DNA from: Syntrophales bacterium
Lineage (GTDB): Bacteria; Desulfobacterota; Syntrophia; Syntrophales; UBA4778
DNA length: 64,000 nucleotides
Assembly: GCA_963665615.2 (NCBI GenBank)
Contig: CAXXQE010000001.1
Span: 124,001 to 188,000 of the forward strand
Direction of reading: 5' to 3'
The notes below the pieces were generated by a model. It was not told where the DNA came from. It ran no database searches and saw nothing but the letters and a program-made list of their open reading frames with translations. Made by a program: the position numbers and the translations under genes. This document shows, piece after piece, positions 1 to 11,035 of the stretch. Each line of letters begins with the position of its first letter. The stretch's first letter is position 1.

Positions 1-700
1 GGGTGGCGGCGGAGGCGGCTCCGGTGGTTTTATTGGCGGATAGACCGGCGGGTAGACCGGGGGGTAGATCGGTGGGTAAACCTCAGGGGGCCCCGCAGGC
101 GGAATGGCTGCTGCTAAATAAATCGGCGTATGGACCGAAGGATCGAATGGCGTGCCAGCTCTTCGCGGGCCGGCGGCCGGATTGGCGTCGAGATCAGCCG
201 GTTCGTAGGGCGGCGGAGCTCCCGCGTAAAGGGGCGGAATTTCCGAGTAGCTGTTGCAGCACGTCGTCCGCACGGTAGTCCTGCCATCGGTGATATAACC
301 GTCTCCCCGCGGGTAGCTTGATGGGTGATTTCTTCCGGAAGATGGTGTCATTCTTCCGGTAATGAATGTAAACCCACGTTTCCTTCTGCAATCTGCCCAT
401 GCTCGCATTCTGCCAATTGAAACCGGCAAAATGGGCATTTAACACGGGGTCATGAAGAACGGTCTGGCGGAAATTATCAATATTATGCACCGAGTTTTTC
501 GTGCAGAGCCCATACCATCGTCCACTGTTTTCGAAGTTCTGATCTTCGAAATCCTGTTTTTCAAGTGCTCCCCCTGCCGCCTGCGCCGCCTTCTTTGGTG
601 CTTTGGCGTTGTAAAAGAACAACATATAGACGGCCGTGGCAACGGCGACAAACATAAGGACGATAAAAAACGCCCTCCGACGGGTCTTTGGGTGCTTCAA
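1..700 (-). CDS. Membrane-anchored/secreted protein with a proline-rich C-terminal region; one frameshift near 306; runs off the window start (possibly PEP-CTERM type)
   Basis: AGGAG RBS, TTG start at 700, N-terminal hydrophobic helix. After a 1-nt shift at the C-run ~305-308 the frame continues GDGYITDGRTTVRTTCCNSYSE...EVYPPIYPPVYPPVYPPIKPPEPPPPPP with no stop to position 1. Confidence 0.6.
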
Positions 701-940
701 AGTTCGTACTCCTAATGTAATAAGTAGCTCTAGCGTTCCTACCTATTATATTGATCGGAATCAATATCAGATTTCTTGAGTCGAATCAAAATAATAAATG
801 AAAAGGTCTGTTACAGTGTGGAGCGTTGATAGCGCGCAGCAGAGGGAAAACGTCTAATGAGAAGGATATATCTTCCCGCCGAAAATCATCAAGATAGAGA
901 TGTCGTAAGATTTATAGCAAAATCGTTCCCTTCGACCTGG

Positions 941-2349
941 CTATGTGCCGATTCGGTGGTCGATCGCCGCTTTAAGCCGTTTCAACACCCGATCGCGTCC
1001 CAGGGTGATCATGACCTCGTCGATCCCCGGACTGACCGTTTTCCCGGTCAGGGCGACCCGGATGGGTTGGGCGACGTTTTTCATCTTGGTGCCGTTATTG
1101 TCGGCGATCTGCTTGAGAAGTCCTTCGATGCCTTCTTTGGTATAGTCCTCAAGGGTTGCAAGTGACGCGGCGAGGATGCTCAGGTATCGAAGCCCTTCGG
1201 TGTCGAGATACTGATCGGCCAGAGCGGGTTCGTATTCCATCGTATCGCTAAAATAAAACGTGCCGGCTTCGGCCATCTCGATCAGCGTCTTCGATCGGGC
1301 CTTGAGATCCGAGGCTACCCGCTGAAGAAACGTCGGGTCGGCAGACTGGATGTCGTGCGCGGCCAAAAAAGGCAGCAACTCCCTGCCCAGGCGTTCATCG
1401 TCGGTCTTTTTGATGTACTGCTGGTTGAGCAGAGGAGCTTTTCGGGATTGAAGATGGCGGCCGATTTGCCGACCGCGCCGAGGGTGAAGTGTTCAATCAG
1501 TTCTTTCACGGTGAAAATCTCTTGATCGCCGTGGGCCCAACCGAGACGAACGAGGTAGTTGACGAGTGCCTCGGGGAGATAGCCCATGTCCCGATAGGTC
1601 AACACCGACTCCGCCCCGTGGCGCTTGCTCAAGCGGGCTCTATCGGCGCCAAGGATCATCGGCACGTGGGCGAATTCCGGTACCTCGTAGCCCAGCGCTT
1701 CATACAGCAGGATCTGCTTTGGCGTGTTGTTAACGTGGTCGTCGCCGCGAATAACATGGCTGATCCGCATCTCGGCATCGTCGATGACGACCGCAAAAAT
1801 TATACGTGGGGTAGCCGTCTGCCCGCTCGATAATGAGGTCGTCGAGTTCCTCGTTTTCAAATGAGATTTTTCCTTTTATGGCGTCCTGGAAGGCGGTTGC
1901 TCCTGTGTCCGGTGCCCGGAAACCGGACGACAGAGCCAGGCTGTGGGCCGAGTCCTTTTTCACGGCAGGCGCCGTCGTATTTTGGTTTCCGCTTCTCGGC
2001 CATCGCCTGCTTTCGCTTGGCCTCCAGTTCTTCCGGCGTGCAGGTGCAGCGATAGGCCTTGCCTTCGTCGATGAGCTTCTGAATTTTTTCCTTATAGAGT
2101 CCGATGCGTTCCGCTGATAGAAAGGGCCCTCGTCCCAGGTCAGCCCCAGCCAGGACATGGAGTCGAGGATGACGCGCGTGGATTCGTCGGTTGACCGGAG
2201 CTGGTCGGTATCCTCGATGCGGAGGATGAATTTCCCGCCGTGATGTTTCGAAAAAAGCCAGTTGAATAAAGCGGTTCTCGCGCCGCCGATATGAAGCGAA
2301 CCCGTCGGGGATGGCGCGAATCGAGTGCGATTTCTCTGTGGGCCTGCAT
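941..2349 (-). CDS. gltX: Glutamate--tRNA ligase (several frameshifts, probably sequence errors)
   Basis: [46 protein letters not shown] and the anticodon domain [12 protein letters not shown] are spread over ORFs 1730-2353, 1857-2444, 1315-1860 and 941-1378. Confidence 0.93.
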
Positions 2350-2689
2350 GCAAATCGTCCTTTGGAAATGGATTGCGCGCCTGGCCGCAGTTCGAACCAT
2401 GACCAAGCGTGCCTATTCATAACGGACATTTCCTTTAAACGCAATTATTTATCGCGTAAGCTTTATCCGCCGCAACACCGGGCGATGGCTGGTGGGACGT
2501 CCCGAACTGGGCGATGAAATCGTTCGATCGATTAAGTATTTAAATTTTGAGCACAATGTGCTAATATGCGCCCTCCCGAAGCGGATGCGGGTTTTGAGCA
2601 GGAGATAAATTGCTTGACAATGAGGGTGATTTATAATTAACAGTACCGTTTACTCCGGCGGGTGATATTTCAAGTATTTGAGTGAGATT

Positions 2690-3227
2690 TTGAAGCTAAG
2701 CATCAGCAATATCCCCGAAGGGGGCGCCCGATTCGACTTTGCGCGGAAGGGGGCGTGGCTGGAGGGGATTCTTCCCGACGATAAACGGGAAGATTTCAGG
2801 CTGCGCGAGGTGTATGTCGACGGTCTGGCCCGCAAGGTGCGCGATACGATCCGCATCGAAATGGCCATGGAAATCGTTCTCGAGATGGCGTGCGGTCGGT
2901 GCCTGGAGCCCGTTGTGGTTCCGCTGAAGAGCAACGTGACTTATACACTGGCGCCGCTGAAGGAGCGGATGGAGGGAGAAGATCCCGAGTCGCTCGAAGA
3001 CGATCTGGAATTCAGCTATTATCAGGGCGACGAGATCGAGATCGATCCGCTCGTCGTCGATCAGGTGATCATGCAGATCCCCGTGAAACCGCTGTGCAGC
3101 GAGGACTGCAAGGGATTGTGCCCAAATTGCGGTGCGAACCTCAATATCGATAAGGGTTGTTCCTGCCGCCCGGAAAACAGGGCACATTGCCTTTGCGGCA
3201 TTGAAGAACTTTGTCGTTCGCAAATAA
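2690..3227 (+). CDS. yceD: YceD/DUF177 family protein (frameshift near C-terminus)
   Basis: CGRCLE and PVKPLCSEDCKGLCPNCGANLN motifs, directly upstream of rpmF. The alternative frame ends ...AFAALKNFVVRK* at 3227. Confidence 0.85.
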
Positions 3228-3256
3228 ATCGTTTTAAATATACAGGAAGGTGAATT

Positions 3257-3441
3257 ATGCCAAATCCAGTCAAGAGACATTCAAAGGCCAGAAGAGACAA
3301 GCGGCGGTCGCACGATTTTCTGACGGCGCCGTTGGCGTCCGTCTGCCCGCAGTGCAAAGCACCAAGATGCCCCATCGCGCCTGCCCCAGTTGCGGCACGT
3401 ATAAGGGAAGAGACATCCTGTCGCTCGAGAAACTCGCCTGA
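3257..3441 (+). CDS. rpmF: 50S ribosomal protein L32 (1-nt frameshift near 3362)
   Basis: MPNPVKRHSKARRDKRRSH...CPQC joins KMPHRACPSCGTYKGR in the adjacent frame. Confidence 0.92.
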
Positions 3442-3496
3442 TAGGCGGGCCGCCCTCCTGTCGGAGGGCCGGTTGTTGGGTCGGAAAACGCACGGG

Positions 3497-4243
3497 ATGG
3501 CTATGAGGCTTGACGGCAGGGTCGCTCTGGTTACAGGCGGGTCGCGGGGAATCGGTCAGGCGGCGGCGATAAAGCTGGCGCAGGCCGGGGCCTACGTCCT
3601 GCTCAACTTCGTTCAGAACGAAGCGGCTGCCGCGGAAACGCTGGCGCTCATCCGCGGCGCGGGCGGTCAAGCATCGCTGCTTCCCTTTGATGTGGCCGAT
3701 ACGCAGGCGGCAGAGCAGGCGATCGGCGGCGTTTTTCGCGACAGGGGCCGGATCGATATCCTGGTTAACAATGCCGGTATTTCAAAGGACGGGTTGATAC
3801 TGACCCTGAAGGCACGAGACTGGGACGTGATGATCGGGACGAACCTCAAAGGCGTCTTCAACTGCTGCCGCATTGCCTCGCGCTATATGGTCAAGGCCCG
3901 CTGGGGCCGGATCGTCAATATCTCTTCGGTCGTGGCGGCCAGCGGAAATGCGGGGCAGTCCGCCTACGGCGCTTCCAAGGCCGGGGTGGAGGGTTTGACC
4001 CGTTCGCTGGCCCGGGAGCTGGCGTCTCGCAACATCTGTGTCAACGCGGTGGCACCCGGTTTGATCGCATCGGATATGACCGCAGGGATGAACGGGCGAG
4101 TCGAGAAGATTCAGCGGTCGATCCCGCTCAAGCGTTTGGGCGTGCCGGAGGATATTGCGCAAACCGTTCTGTTTCTAGCATCGGAGGGGGCGTCGTATAT
4201 AACCGGTCAAGTCGTTCACGTCAATGGTGGTCTTTATATGTGA
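3497..4243 (+). CDS. fabG: 3-oxoacyl-ACP reductase
   Basis: TGGSRGIG, NNAG, GNAGQSAYGASK, ITGQVVHVNGG; lies between rpmF and acpP. Confidence 0.9.
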   Translation: MAMRLDGRVALVTGGSRGIGQAAAIKLAQAGAYVLLNFVQNEAAAAETLALIRGAGGQASLLPFDVADTQAAEQAIGGVFRDRGRIDILVNNAGISKDGLILTLKARDWDVMIGTNLKGVFNCCRIASRYMVKARWGRIVNISSVVAASGNAGQSAYGASKAGVEGLTRSLARELASRNICVNAVAPGLIASDMTAGMNGRVEKIQRSIPLKRLGVPEDIAQTVLFLASEGASYITGQVVHVNGGLYM

Positions 4244-4247
4244 GAGC

Positions 4248-4298
4248 AAAAAGTGATAAGTGAAAAAGGGGCGACTCGTTTTGACTTATCACTTTTTT
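4248..4298. repeat. Intergenic inverted repeat between fabG and acpP
   Basis: AAAAAGTGATAAGT...ACTTATCACTTTTT arms. Confidence 0.5.
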
Positions 4299-4329
4299 CT
4301 TTTACCCCTTAAAGTGAGGAGGAGAGTTC

Positions 4330-4572
4330 ATGTCGATTGAAGAGAGAGTTGTTGAGATTGTCATGGAACAACTGGACGTCACCAAAGAAGAGTGCGTGCC
4401 GGAGGCGTCCTTTATGGACGACCTGGGTGCGGACTCCCTCGATATCGTTGAGTTGATTATGGCTATGGAAGAGAATTTCGGTATTGAAATTGCGGACGAT
4501 GAACTGGGTCAGCTACGGACGATCCAGGACGTCATCGACTTTATTCGGAAAAAGCGGGGTATGATGAACTGA
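4330..4572 (+). CDS. acpP: Acyl carrier protein
   Basis: [20 protein letters not shown] phosphopantetheine motif; GAGGAGG RBS. Confidence 0.96.
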   Translation: MSIEERVVEIVMEQLDVTKEECVPEASFMDDLGADSLDIVELIMAMEENFGIEIADDELGQLRTIQDVIDFIRKKRGMMN

Positions 4573-4643
4573 ACCGTTCGAGATCGAACGGTGGGGCATC
4601 ATTGCAGATGCTCTGAGGCTTGCATGTCAGACAGAGGTAAAAG

Positions 4644-5094
4644 ATGATAGCCGTCGGCGCCGATCATGCCGGATTCGAGTTAAAGCAAAAGCTCTGCGCC
4701 TTTCTCACGGCGGGCGGTTATGCTGTCCTGGATGTGGGAACGTGCAGCGATGCGTCGGGTCGATTACCCTGACTTCGGTATCAAGGTTGCGGAGAAGGTT
4801 TCCGCAGGCGAAGCCGAGCGCGGCATTCTCGTTTGCGGGTCTGGAATCGGCATGTCGATTGTGGCCAACAAGTTTCCCAGGGTTCGCGCTGCGCTGTGCT
4901 TCGATGAGCAGATGGCCCGGATGAGTCGGCTCCACAACGATGCCAATATTTTGGTGCTCCCCGGTCGCTGGATTGGAGAAGAACAGGGGCTGGCGATGCT
5001 TGCGGTCTGGATGGAAACGGCCTTTGAAGGGGGGCGGCACGGACGGCGTCTTGAAAAGATCGCTGAACTGGAAAGCCGCCTGAAGCTGGCCTGA
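4644..5094 (+). CDS. rpiB: Ribose 5-phosphate isomerase B (frameshift near 4757)
   Basis: [14 protein letters not shown] in one frame, then VDYPD, CGSGIG, HNDANIL, FEGGRH in the next. Confidence 0.92.
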
Positions 5095-5127
5095 ATCCGG
5101 TAGCGAGCGTATGCTTTGCAGCTTGCT

Positions 5128-5209
5128 GCGGGGTAAACGAGCGAATCATAATAAAATATCTTCCTCAGGGATCGGAGATTCGCCGGAGCTTGCTCTGGTG
5201 AGTCTTCAA
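5128..5209 (+). repeat. Dispersed ~80-bp palindromic repeat, family C, copy 1
   Basis: GCGGGGTAAACGAGCGAATC...GATTCGCCGGAGCTTGCTCTGGTGAGTCTTC; similar to 31276-31356 and in its 3' part to 54200-54247. Confidence 0.75.
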
Positions 5210-5242
5210 ATTTGAAATTTTTATGTGTGGAGGTTGCCAATC

Positions 5243-6495
5243 GTGTCCATATTGAAACAAGTCGATCCGGAAGTGGCCCAGGCCATTCAGCTGGAAACCA
5301 AACGTCAGACGAGTAAGCTGGAACTGATTCCATCGGAGAACTTTGTCGATGAAGCGGTCCTGGAGGCTCAGGGCTGCATCATGACCAACAAGTATGCCGA
5401 AGGCTATCCCGGCAAGCGGTACTATTACGGTTGCGAATACGTTGATATCGTGGAGACGCTGGCCATCGAACGCGTCAAAAAGCTTTTCGGCGCCGATCAC
5501 GCCAACGTGCAGCCCCACTCGGGGACACAGGCCAACATGGCCGTTTACTTTGCTACGCTTCAGCCCGGCGATACCGTCCTGGGGATGAACCTGGCCCACG
5601 GCGGCCACCTGTCGCACGGCAGTCCCCGCCAATTTCTCCGGGAAGTTTTATAACGTCGTGGCCCTACGGGGTCGATTCTAAAACGGAAACCATCGACTTC
5701 AACGAAGTGGCTGAACAGGCCCGAAAGCACAAACCCAAGCTGATCGTGGTTGGAGCGAGCGCCTATCCGAGGACGATCGACTTTGTTAAATTCCGGGAAA
5801 TTGCCGATGAAGTGGGTGCCGTCATTATGGCCGATATCGCCCATATCGCGGGCCTCGTCTCCGCGGGCATCCACCCGTCACCGGTTCCGCACTGTGAGTT
5901 TGTCACAACGACGACGCACAAGACCCTGCGCGGTCCCCGTGGCGGCGTCGTCATGTGTCGCGAAGAATTTGCCAAGGTCATCGACAGCCGGGTGTTCCCG
6001 GGCAGCCAGGGCGGTCCCCTGATGCACACCATTGCCGCCAAGGCCGTAGCCTTCAAGGAGGCCCTGACCGACGACTTCAAAGCATACCAGGTGCAGATCG
6101 TGAAGAACGCCAAGACGCTTGCAGATGCGCTGCTTGCTGAAGGCTTCCGGCTGGTTTCCGGTGGAACGGACAATCACCTGATGCTGGTCGATGTCTCCAG
6201 TATCGGCATTACCGGAAAGGACGCGGGTGAGGCTCTGGACCGCGCCGGCATTACCGCCAACAAAAACATGATCCCCTTCGATACGAAGAGCGCCACGGTC
6301 ACGAGCGGCATCCGGATCGGAACGCCCGCGATTACGACCCGCGGCATGAAGGAAGGGGAAATGAAGATCATCGGCGGTCTGATTTCCAAAGTTCTGAAAA
6401 ACTTGAACGACGAGCAGTGCATCGCGACGGTACGCGCCGAAGTGGCGGCCTTGTGCGAACAGTTTCCGCTTTACAAGGACCGGCTGGAGAAGTAG
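5243..6495 (+). CDS. glyA: Serine hydroxymethyltransferase (frameshifts at ~5625-5670)
   Basis: [29 protein letters not shown] and the PLP lysine motif [13 protein letters not shown]. Confidence 0.95.
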
Positions 6496-6513
6496 ATCGA
6501 AAGGTGATACCAG

Positions 6514-6966
6514 ATGACCGACGGGGTCGAACGCCCGAGTTGGGATGAGTACTTCATGGATATCGTCATGCTTGTCGCCAGACGCTCCACCTGTCTGCGA
6601 CGAAGCGTCGGCGCGATCCTCGTCAAGGACAAGCGCATCCTGGCCACCGGTTACAACGGCGCCCCGAGCGGAATCCGGCACTGTCTGGAGGTGGGATGTC
6701 TGCGGGACCAGCTGAAGGTCCCCTCCGGAGAACGCCATGAATTGTGCCGCGGGCTTCATGCGGAGCAAAATGCGATTATCCAGTCCGCGTTGCACGGTGT
6801 CAGCTTGAAGGGGGCCACGGTCTATTGCACCAATCATCCCTGCGTGATTTGTGCTAAGATGATTATCAATGCGGGCATCACCCGGGTCTGTTACCGAGAC
6901 GGTTACCAGGATGCCATGTCGCGGGAGATGTTCGAAGAAGCCGGTATCAAAACGGTCTGCCTATGA
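6514..6966 (+). CDS. dCMP/cytidine deaminase family protein (ComEB-like)
   Basis: [14 protein letters not shown] and PCVIC zinc motifs. Confidence 0.88.
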   Translation: MTDGVERPSWDEYFMDIVMLVARRSTCLRRSVGAILVKDKRILATGYNGAPSGIRHCLEVGCLRDQLKVPSGERHELCRGLHAEQNAIIQSALHGVSLKGATVYCTNHPCVICAKMIINAGITRVCYRDGYQDAMSREMFEEAGIKTVCL

Positions 6967-7436
6967 AATGTCCCTTTTGTGGAGAGCTGGAAGACAAGGT
7001 GATCGATTCCCGCAGCAGCAAGGACGGCTTCGCCATTCGTCGTCGCCGCGAGTGCCTGGCCTGCGGCAAGCGCTTCACCACCTACGAATCGATCGAAGAA
7101 ATTCTCCCCGTGATTGTGAAAAAGGACGGTCGGCGAGAGCCGTTCGACCGGGCGAAGATCTTGAACGGCATCAAGAAGGCATGTGAAAAGAGGCCGGTCA
7201 GCATTGAGCGGATCGGAGAAGTTGTCGATCGCATCGAGCAGGCCTGTCAGGAACTCCAGGTCCGGGAGATTCCGTCCTCGGTTGTCGGTGAGCGGATCAT
7301 GGCTGAGCTGCATAATCTGGATGAAGTGGCTTACGTGCGCTTCGCCTCGGTCTATCGCCAATTTCGCGACGTCAACGAGTTTTTGGAAGAGCTCGAGGAC
7401 CTTAAGAAGAAAAAGCTGAACACCGGGGAGGCCTAA
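6963..7436 (+). CDS. nrdR: Transcriptional repressor NrdR
   Basis: [27 protein letters not shown]-cone, [11 protein letters not shown]. Confidence 0.97.
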   Translation: MKCPFCGELEDKVIDSRSSKDGFAIRRRRECLACGKRFTTYESIEEILPVIVKKDGRREPFDRAKILNGIKKACEKRPVSIERIGEVVDRIEQACQELQVREIPSSVVGERIMAELHNLDEVAYVRFASVYRQFRDVNEFLEELEDLKKKKLNTGEA

Positions 7437-7447
7437 GGAAGCCCATT

Positions 7448-8083
7448 ATGTTTACGGGAATCATTGCGGCCGTCGGTGCAGTCAGACGCCTGATCCGGAA
7501 GGGCGGGGACGCCGTGCTCGAGATCGAGACGGGGATGGATCTGAGCGATGTCCGGATTGGTGACAGCATTGCGGTCAACGGCGCCTGTCTGACCGTTGTC
7601 AGTAAGGCTGCCGGATCTTTCAACGCCGATGTATCGGCCGAGACACTCTCACGGACGACGCTTGAACGACTCAGGGCGACCGATCGGGTCAATCTGGAGA
7701 AGGCCTTACAGCTTCAGGGATTCCTCGGCGGGCACATCGTTTTGGGGCATGTCGATGGGATCGGCGCCATCGTTAAGAAGGAAGCCAAATCGGGCTCCAT
7801 CATTCTCGGTATCGAGGTGGCGGAAGCCTTGAGAAAATATATTGTCGAGAAAGGTTCGATCGCCATTGACGGCGTCAGCCTGACGGTCAACAGCGTAGAA
7901 GGAAACCGGTTCTTCATCAATATGATTCCTCATACGGCGATGGCGACTACGCTGGAGGCCCGGAAAATCAATGAGGCGGTCAATATCGAAACCGATATCA
8001 TCGGAAAGTATGTCGCATCCTTTTTGAATGGGGGCCGGGAGATCACGCGCGATTTCCTGGCAAAACACGGATTCCTCGCCTGA
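7448..8083 (+). CDS. ribE: Riboflavin synthase
   Basis: [29 protein letters not shown]. Confidence 0.95.
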   Translation: MFTGIIAAVGAVRRLIRKGGDAVLEIETGMDLSDVRIGDSIAVNGACLTVVSKAAGSFNADVSAETLSRTTLERLRATDRVNLEKALQLQGFLGGHIVLGHVDGIGAIVKKEAKSGSIILGIEVAEALRKYIVEKGSIAIDGVSLTVNSVEGNRFFINMIPHTAMATTLEARKINEAVNIETDIIGKYVASFLNGGREITRDFLAKHGFLA

Positions 8084-8123
8084 CGGCTCATGGTGTCCGT
8101 TTAACATAGCAGGAGAAGGTCTT

Positions 8124-9329
8124 ATGGTTTGTACAATTGAAGAAGCAATCGAGGATATCCGCAACGGCAAGATGATTATCCTCGTCGATGATGAAGACAG
8201 GGAAAACGAAGGGGATTTGTACATGGCGGCGGAGTTTGTCACCCCCGACGCCATCAATTTCATGGCAAAGTACGGCCGGGGGCTCGTCTGCCTCACGCTC
8301 AACGACGAGATGGCGAGCAAGCTGCAACTGCCGCTTATGGTGACGGACCGCGACAACGGATCGCGCTTCGGAACGGCCTTCACGATCTCCATTGAGGCGA
8401 GGAAGGGCGTGACCACCGGCATCTCGGCAGCGGACCGGGCAACGACCATCCGCACAGCGGTAGCAGACGACACGACGGCGGCGGATATCGTGAGTCCGGG
8501 ACACATCTTCCCCATCCGGGCGCGTAAGGGCGGCGTGCTCGTCCGCACAGGTCAGACCGAGGGATCCGTTGATCTGTCCCGGTTGGCGGGGCTCAAGCCT
8601 GCCGGCGTGATCTGCGAGATTATGAAAGACGACGGCACCATGGCGCGGATGCCCGATCTGGAGGTCTTTGCCCGACATCATAAGCTCAAGATCGCGACGA
8701 TCGCCGATCTGATCAACTTCCGGATGAAGACGGAATGTCTGGTGACGCGGGCGGCCTCGGCCAGGATTCCGAGCCGCTTCGGGGGGGAATTTCGGCTGAT
8801 CGTTTACGACAACGTCGTAGATGATGCGAAGCATGTCGCACTCGTCAAGGGAGAGATCGGACCGGAGGACGACGTGCTGGTGCGCGTCCATTCCGAGTGT
8901 CTGACCGGCGATGTCTTCGGGTCCGAGCGTTGTGACTGCGGCGATCAACTCCATGCCGCCATGCAGATGATCGAACAGGAAGGGAAGGGCGTCCTGGTTT
9001 ACATGCATCAGGAAGGGCGCGGGATTGGCCTGGTCAACAAGATCCGGGCTTACGAGCTTCAGGAGAAGGGACGCGATACGGTCGAGGCCAATCTGGAGTT
9101 GGGTTTCAAGGACGACCTGCGGGATTATGGCATCGGCGCCCAGATTCTGGTCGATCTCGGTATCAAGAAGATGCGCCTCATGACCAATAATCCGAAGAAG
9201 GTCGTCGGGTTGGAGGGCTACGGCATCGCGGTCACGGATCGAGTGCCGATCCTGATTGAGCCGACGAAGAGCAACCTCCATTATCTGAAGACGAAGAAGA
9301 AAAAAATGGGTCACATGCTGGAACTCTAG
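8124..9329 (+). CDS. ribBA: Bifunctional DHBP synthase / GTP cyclohydrolase II
   Basis: [44 protein letters not shown]. Confidence 0.97.
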   Translation: MVCTIEEAIEDIRNGKMIILVDDEDRENEGDLYMAAEFVTPDAINFMAKYGRGLVCLTLNDEMASKLQLPLMVTDRDNGSRFGTAFTISIEARKGVTTGISAADRATTIRTAVADDTTAADIVSPGHIFPIRARKGGVLVRTGQTEGSVDLSRLAGLKPAGVICEIMKDDGTMARMPDLEVFARHHKLKIATIADLINFRMKTECLVTRAASARIPSRFGGEFRLIVYDNVVDDAKHVALVKGEIGPEDDVLVRVHSECLTGDVFGSERCDCGDQLHAAMQMIEQEGKGVLVYMHQEGRGIGLVNKIRAYELQEKGRDTVEANLELGFKDDLRDYGIGAQILVDLGIKKMRLMTNNPKKVVGLEGYGIAVTDRVPILIEPTKSNLHYLKTKKKKMGHMLEL

Positions 9330-9349
9330 GAAAGCAGTAAATATCAGAT

Positions 9350-9501
9350 GCAGGCTGTTCAAAAAGGCTAGAGACAAGGCGACGCGCTTGTCCCGAGGTA
9401 AGTGGTCGGGGAGGATCGAGCAGCGGAGCATACTGTGAGCGTATGTGAGCATGTGAGAGCCGAAGCGCAACGCAGTATATGAGCCTTTTTCAATAGTCTG
9501 C
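9350..9501 (+). mobile_element. MITE-like element, family A
   Basis: Ends GCAGGCTGTTCAAAAAGGCT...AGCCTTTTTCAATAGTCTGC; internal segment related to the reverse complement of 14380-14487; no convincing coding capacity. Confidence 0.7.
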
Positions 9502-9515
9502 TGCGGGAGGGAAAT

Positions 9516-9980
9516 ATGCTGAAGACCATCGAAGGAAAGATCAGTGCCAAGGGGATGCGGTTTGCCATCATTGCGAGCCGTTTCAATGATTTCATCTGCA
9601 GCCGCCTGATTGACGGGGCCGTCGACGCCCTGGTCCGTTCCGGCGGAGACATTAAGGACATCGAAATTGTCAAGGTGCCCGGCGCCTTTGAGATTCCACT
9701 GGCGGCCAAGCGAGTCGCCAAGAGCGGCAAATACGATGCGGTGATCTGTGTCGGCGCCGTGATTCGCGGGGCGACGCCGCATTTCGAATATGTGAGCGCC
9801 GAGGTTTCGAAGGGCATCGCCGCGGTCGGGTTGGAGACGGAGATTCCCGTTATTTTCGGTGTCATCACGACCGACAACCTGGAGCAGGCGATCGAACGGG
9901 CCGGGTCCAAGTCCGGCAACAAGGGGTGGGATGCCGCCCTGGCCGCCATCGAGATGGTGGATCTCTTTAAAAAAATATAA
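9516..9980 (+). CDS. ribH: 6,7-dimethyl-8-ribityllumazine synthase
   Basis: [33 protein letters not shown]. Confidence 0.97.
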   Translation: MLKTIEGKISAKGMRFAIIASRFNDFICSRLIDGAVDALVRSGGDIKDIEIVKVPGAFEIPLAAKRVAKSGKYDAVICVGAVIRGATPHFEYVSAEVSKGIAAVGLETEIPVIFGVITTDNLEQAIERAGSKSGNKGWDAALAAIEMVDLFKKI

Positions 9981-10043
9981 CCATACCGGAAAAACACTGG
10001 CAGGGGGGCAAACCGCTCGACCGCTGCCGGAGTAAAGGATTCA

Positions 10044-10469
10044 ATGGGTCGCAGGAGGAAGGCACGGGAAGTTGCCTTGCAGGTTCTTTTTGAGATTGAT
10101 GTATTGGGGCTGGATCCGAAGGAATCCATCGATCTGTATTGGAATAACTTCGAAGCGCCGAAGGATGCCAGAGGCTATTCCTCACGCCTGATCGAAGGGG
10201 TTTGTGAGCGGCGGGATGAGATCGATCAGTTGATCGCGAGTTGTTCCGACAACTGGGCCATCGCACGGATGTCCCGGGTGGATCGCAATATTTTGCGTCT
10301 GGCTGTTTATGAATTGCTTTACTGCGACGATGTCCCGCCAAAGGTGACCCTGAACGAGGCCATTGACCTCGGGAAGGAATTCGGCAACGAGCATTCCGGC
10401 TCCTTCATCAATGGAATTCTCGATACGCTTAACACCAACTTGCAGAAGGAAAATGGCCATCAGGATTAA
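10044..10469 (+). CDS. nusB: Transcription antitermination factor NusB
   Basis: RRKAREVALQ, VDRNILRLAVYEL, NEAIDLGK, FINGILD. Confidence 0.95.
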   Translation: MGRRRKAREVALQVLFEIDVLGLDPKESIDLYWNNFEAPKDARGYSSRLIEGVCERRDEIDQLIASCSDNWAIARMSRVDRNILRLAVYELLYCDDVPPKVTLNEAIDLGKEFGNEHSGSFINGILDTLNTNLQKENGHQD

Positions 10470-11004
10470 AACGGGAACGCCGGACGAGTTGCATCGGGAT
10501 GCCTTGGCGCTCGGTTATTTTGCAGACGAGCGGCCGCCGCGCGGTTTTGCGGGACTGGCGGATTGGCGTTTGAACGGCGCTCTCTCAAGGCAGATCGCCG
10601 ATGGACGCCTCACCGGAGGCTATCTCGAAAAGGTTCTGATCGCGACAGACGGACGGCTTCCCTGTTCGCGCATTCTGCTTCTCGGGCTCGGCAATCTCGC
10701 CGACTTGACGTATGACACCCTCTACGCTGCAGGTTATGCCTTTGCGGAAACGATCGGGACACTCAAGTGGAACGACTTTGCCTTTGAGATTCCGGCTGTG
10801 GGACGAAGTCCCCTGGAGGGGCCGATCATGGTGGAAGCTGTGACGACGGGATTCTTCGATGCCTTTTCAAAGGATGTCAGGGATCTCGAAACGGTCTCGC
10901 CGGTGTTGCTGATCGGTGAGGCGATGAAAGAAGCGGCTGTAGCGGGTGTAGAGCGGTTCAGGAAAAATACGAGGGACATCATTCCTGTTGAATTCGAGGC
11001 GTAG
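10453..11004 (+). CDS. M17 aminopeptidase N-terminal-domain-like protein
   Basis: DERPPRGFAGLADWRLNG and ILLLGLG resemble stand-alone M17 N-terminal domain proteins; overlaps the nusB end. Confidence 0.6.
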   Translation: MAIRIKTGTPDELHRDALALGYFADERPPRGFAGLADWRLNGALSRQIADGRLTGGYLEKVLIATDGRLPCSRILLLGLGNLADLTYDTLYAAGYAFAETIGTLKWNDFAFEIPAVGRSPLEGPIMVEAVTTGFFDAFSKDVRDLETVSPVLLIGEAMKEAAVAGVERFRKNTRDIIPVEFEA

Positions 11005-11035
11005 GCCTTCGAACCCTATCTTTCGGAGCTAATGG

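Noticed and set aside
2614..2637. TTGACA and TATAAT upstream of yceD as a consensus sigma70 promoter
   Set aside because: The spacer is only 12 bp, so the two hexamers cannot be paired as written.
3257..4243. Apparent L32-FabG fusion (328-aa ORF)
   Set aside because: Artefact of a 1-nt frameshift in rpmF; the L32 C-terminus and stop are in the adjacent frame and fabG has its own ATG.
5095..5242. Riboswitch upstream of glyA
   Set aside because: The structured part is a dispersed repeat also found beside unrelated genes; no glycine, ZTP or THF consensus recognised.
941..6495. Programmed frameshifting or pseudogenisation of gltX, rpiB and glyA
   Set aside because: Multiple unrelated indels in essential genes within one block are better explained by sequencing error.
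8088..9782. Long antisense ORFs (564 aa here; also 12488-13828, 37604-39307, 51001-52248)
   Set aside because: Shadow frames opposite well-supported genes in GC-rich DNA, with no recognisable motifs.
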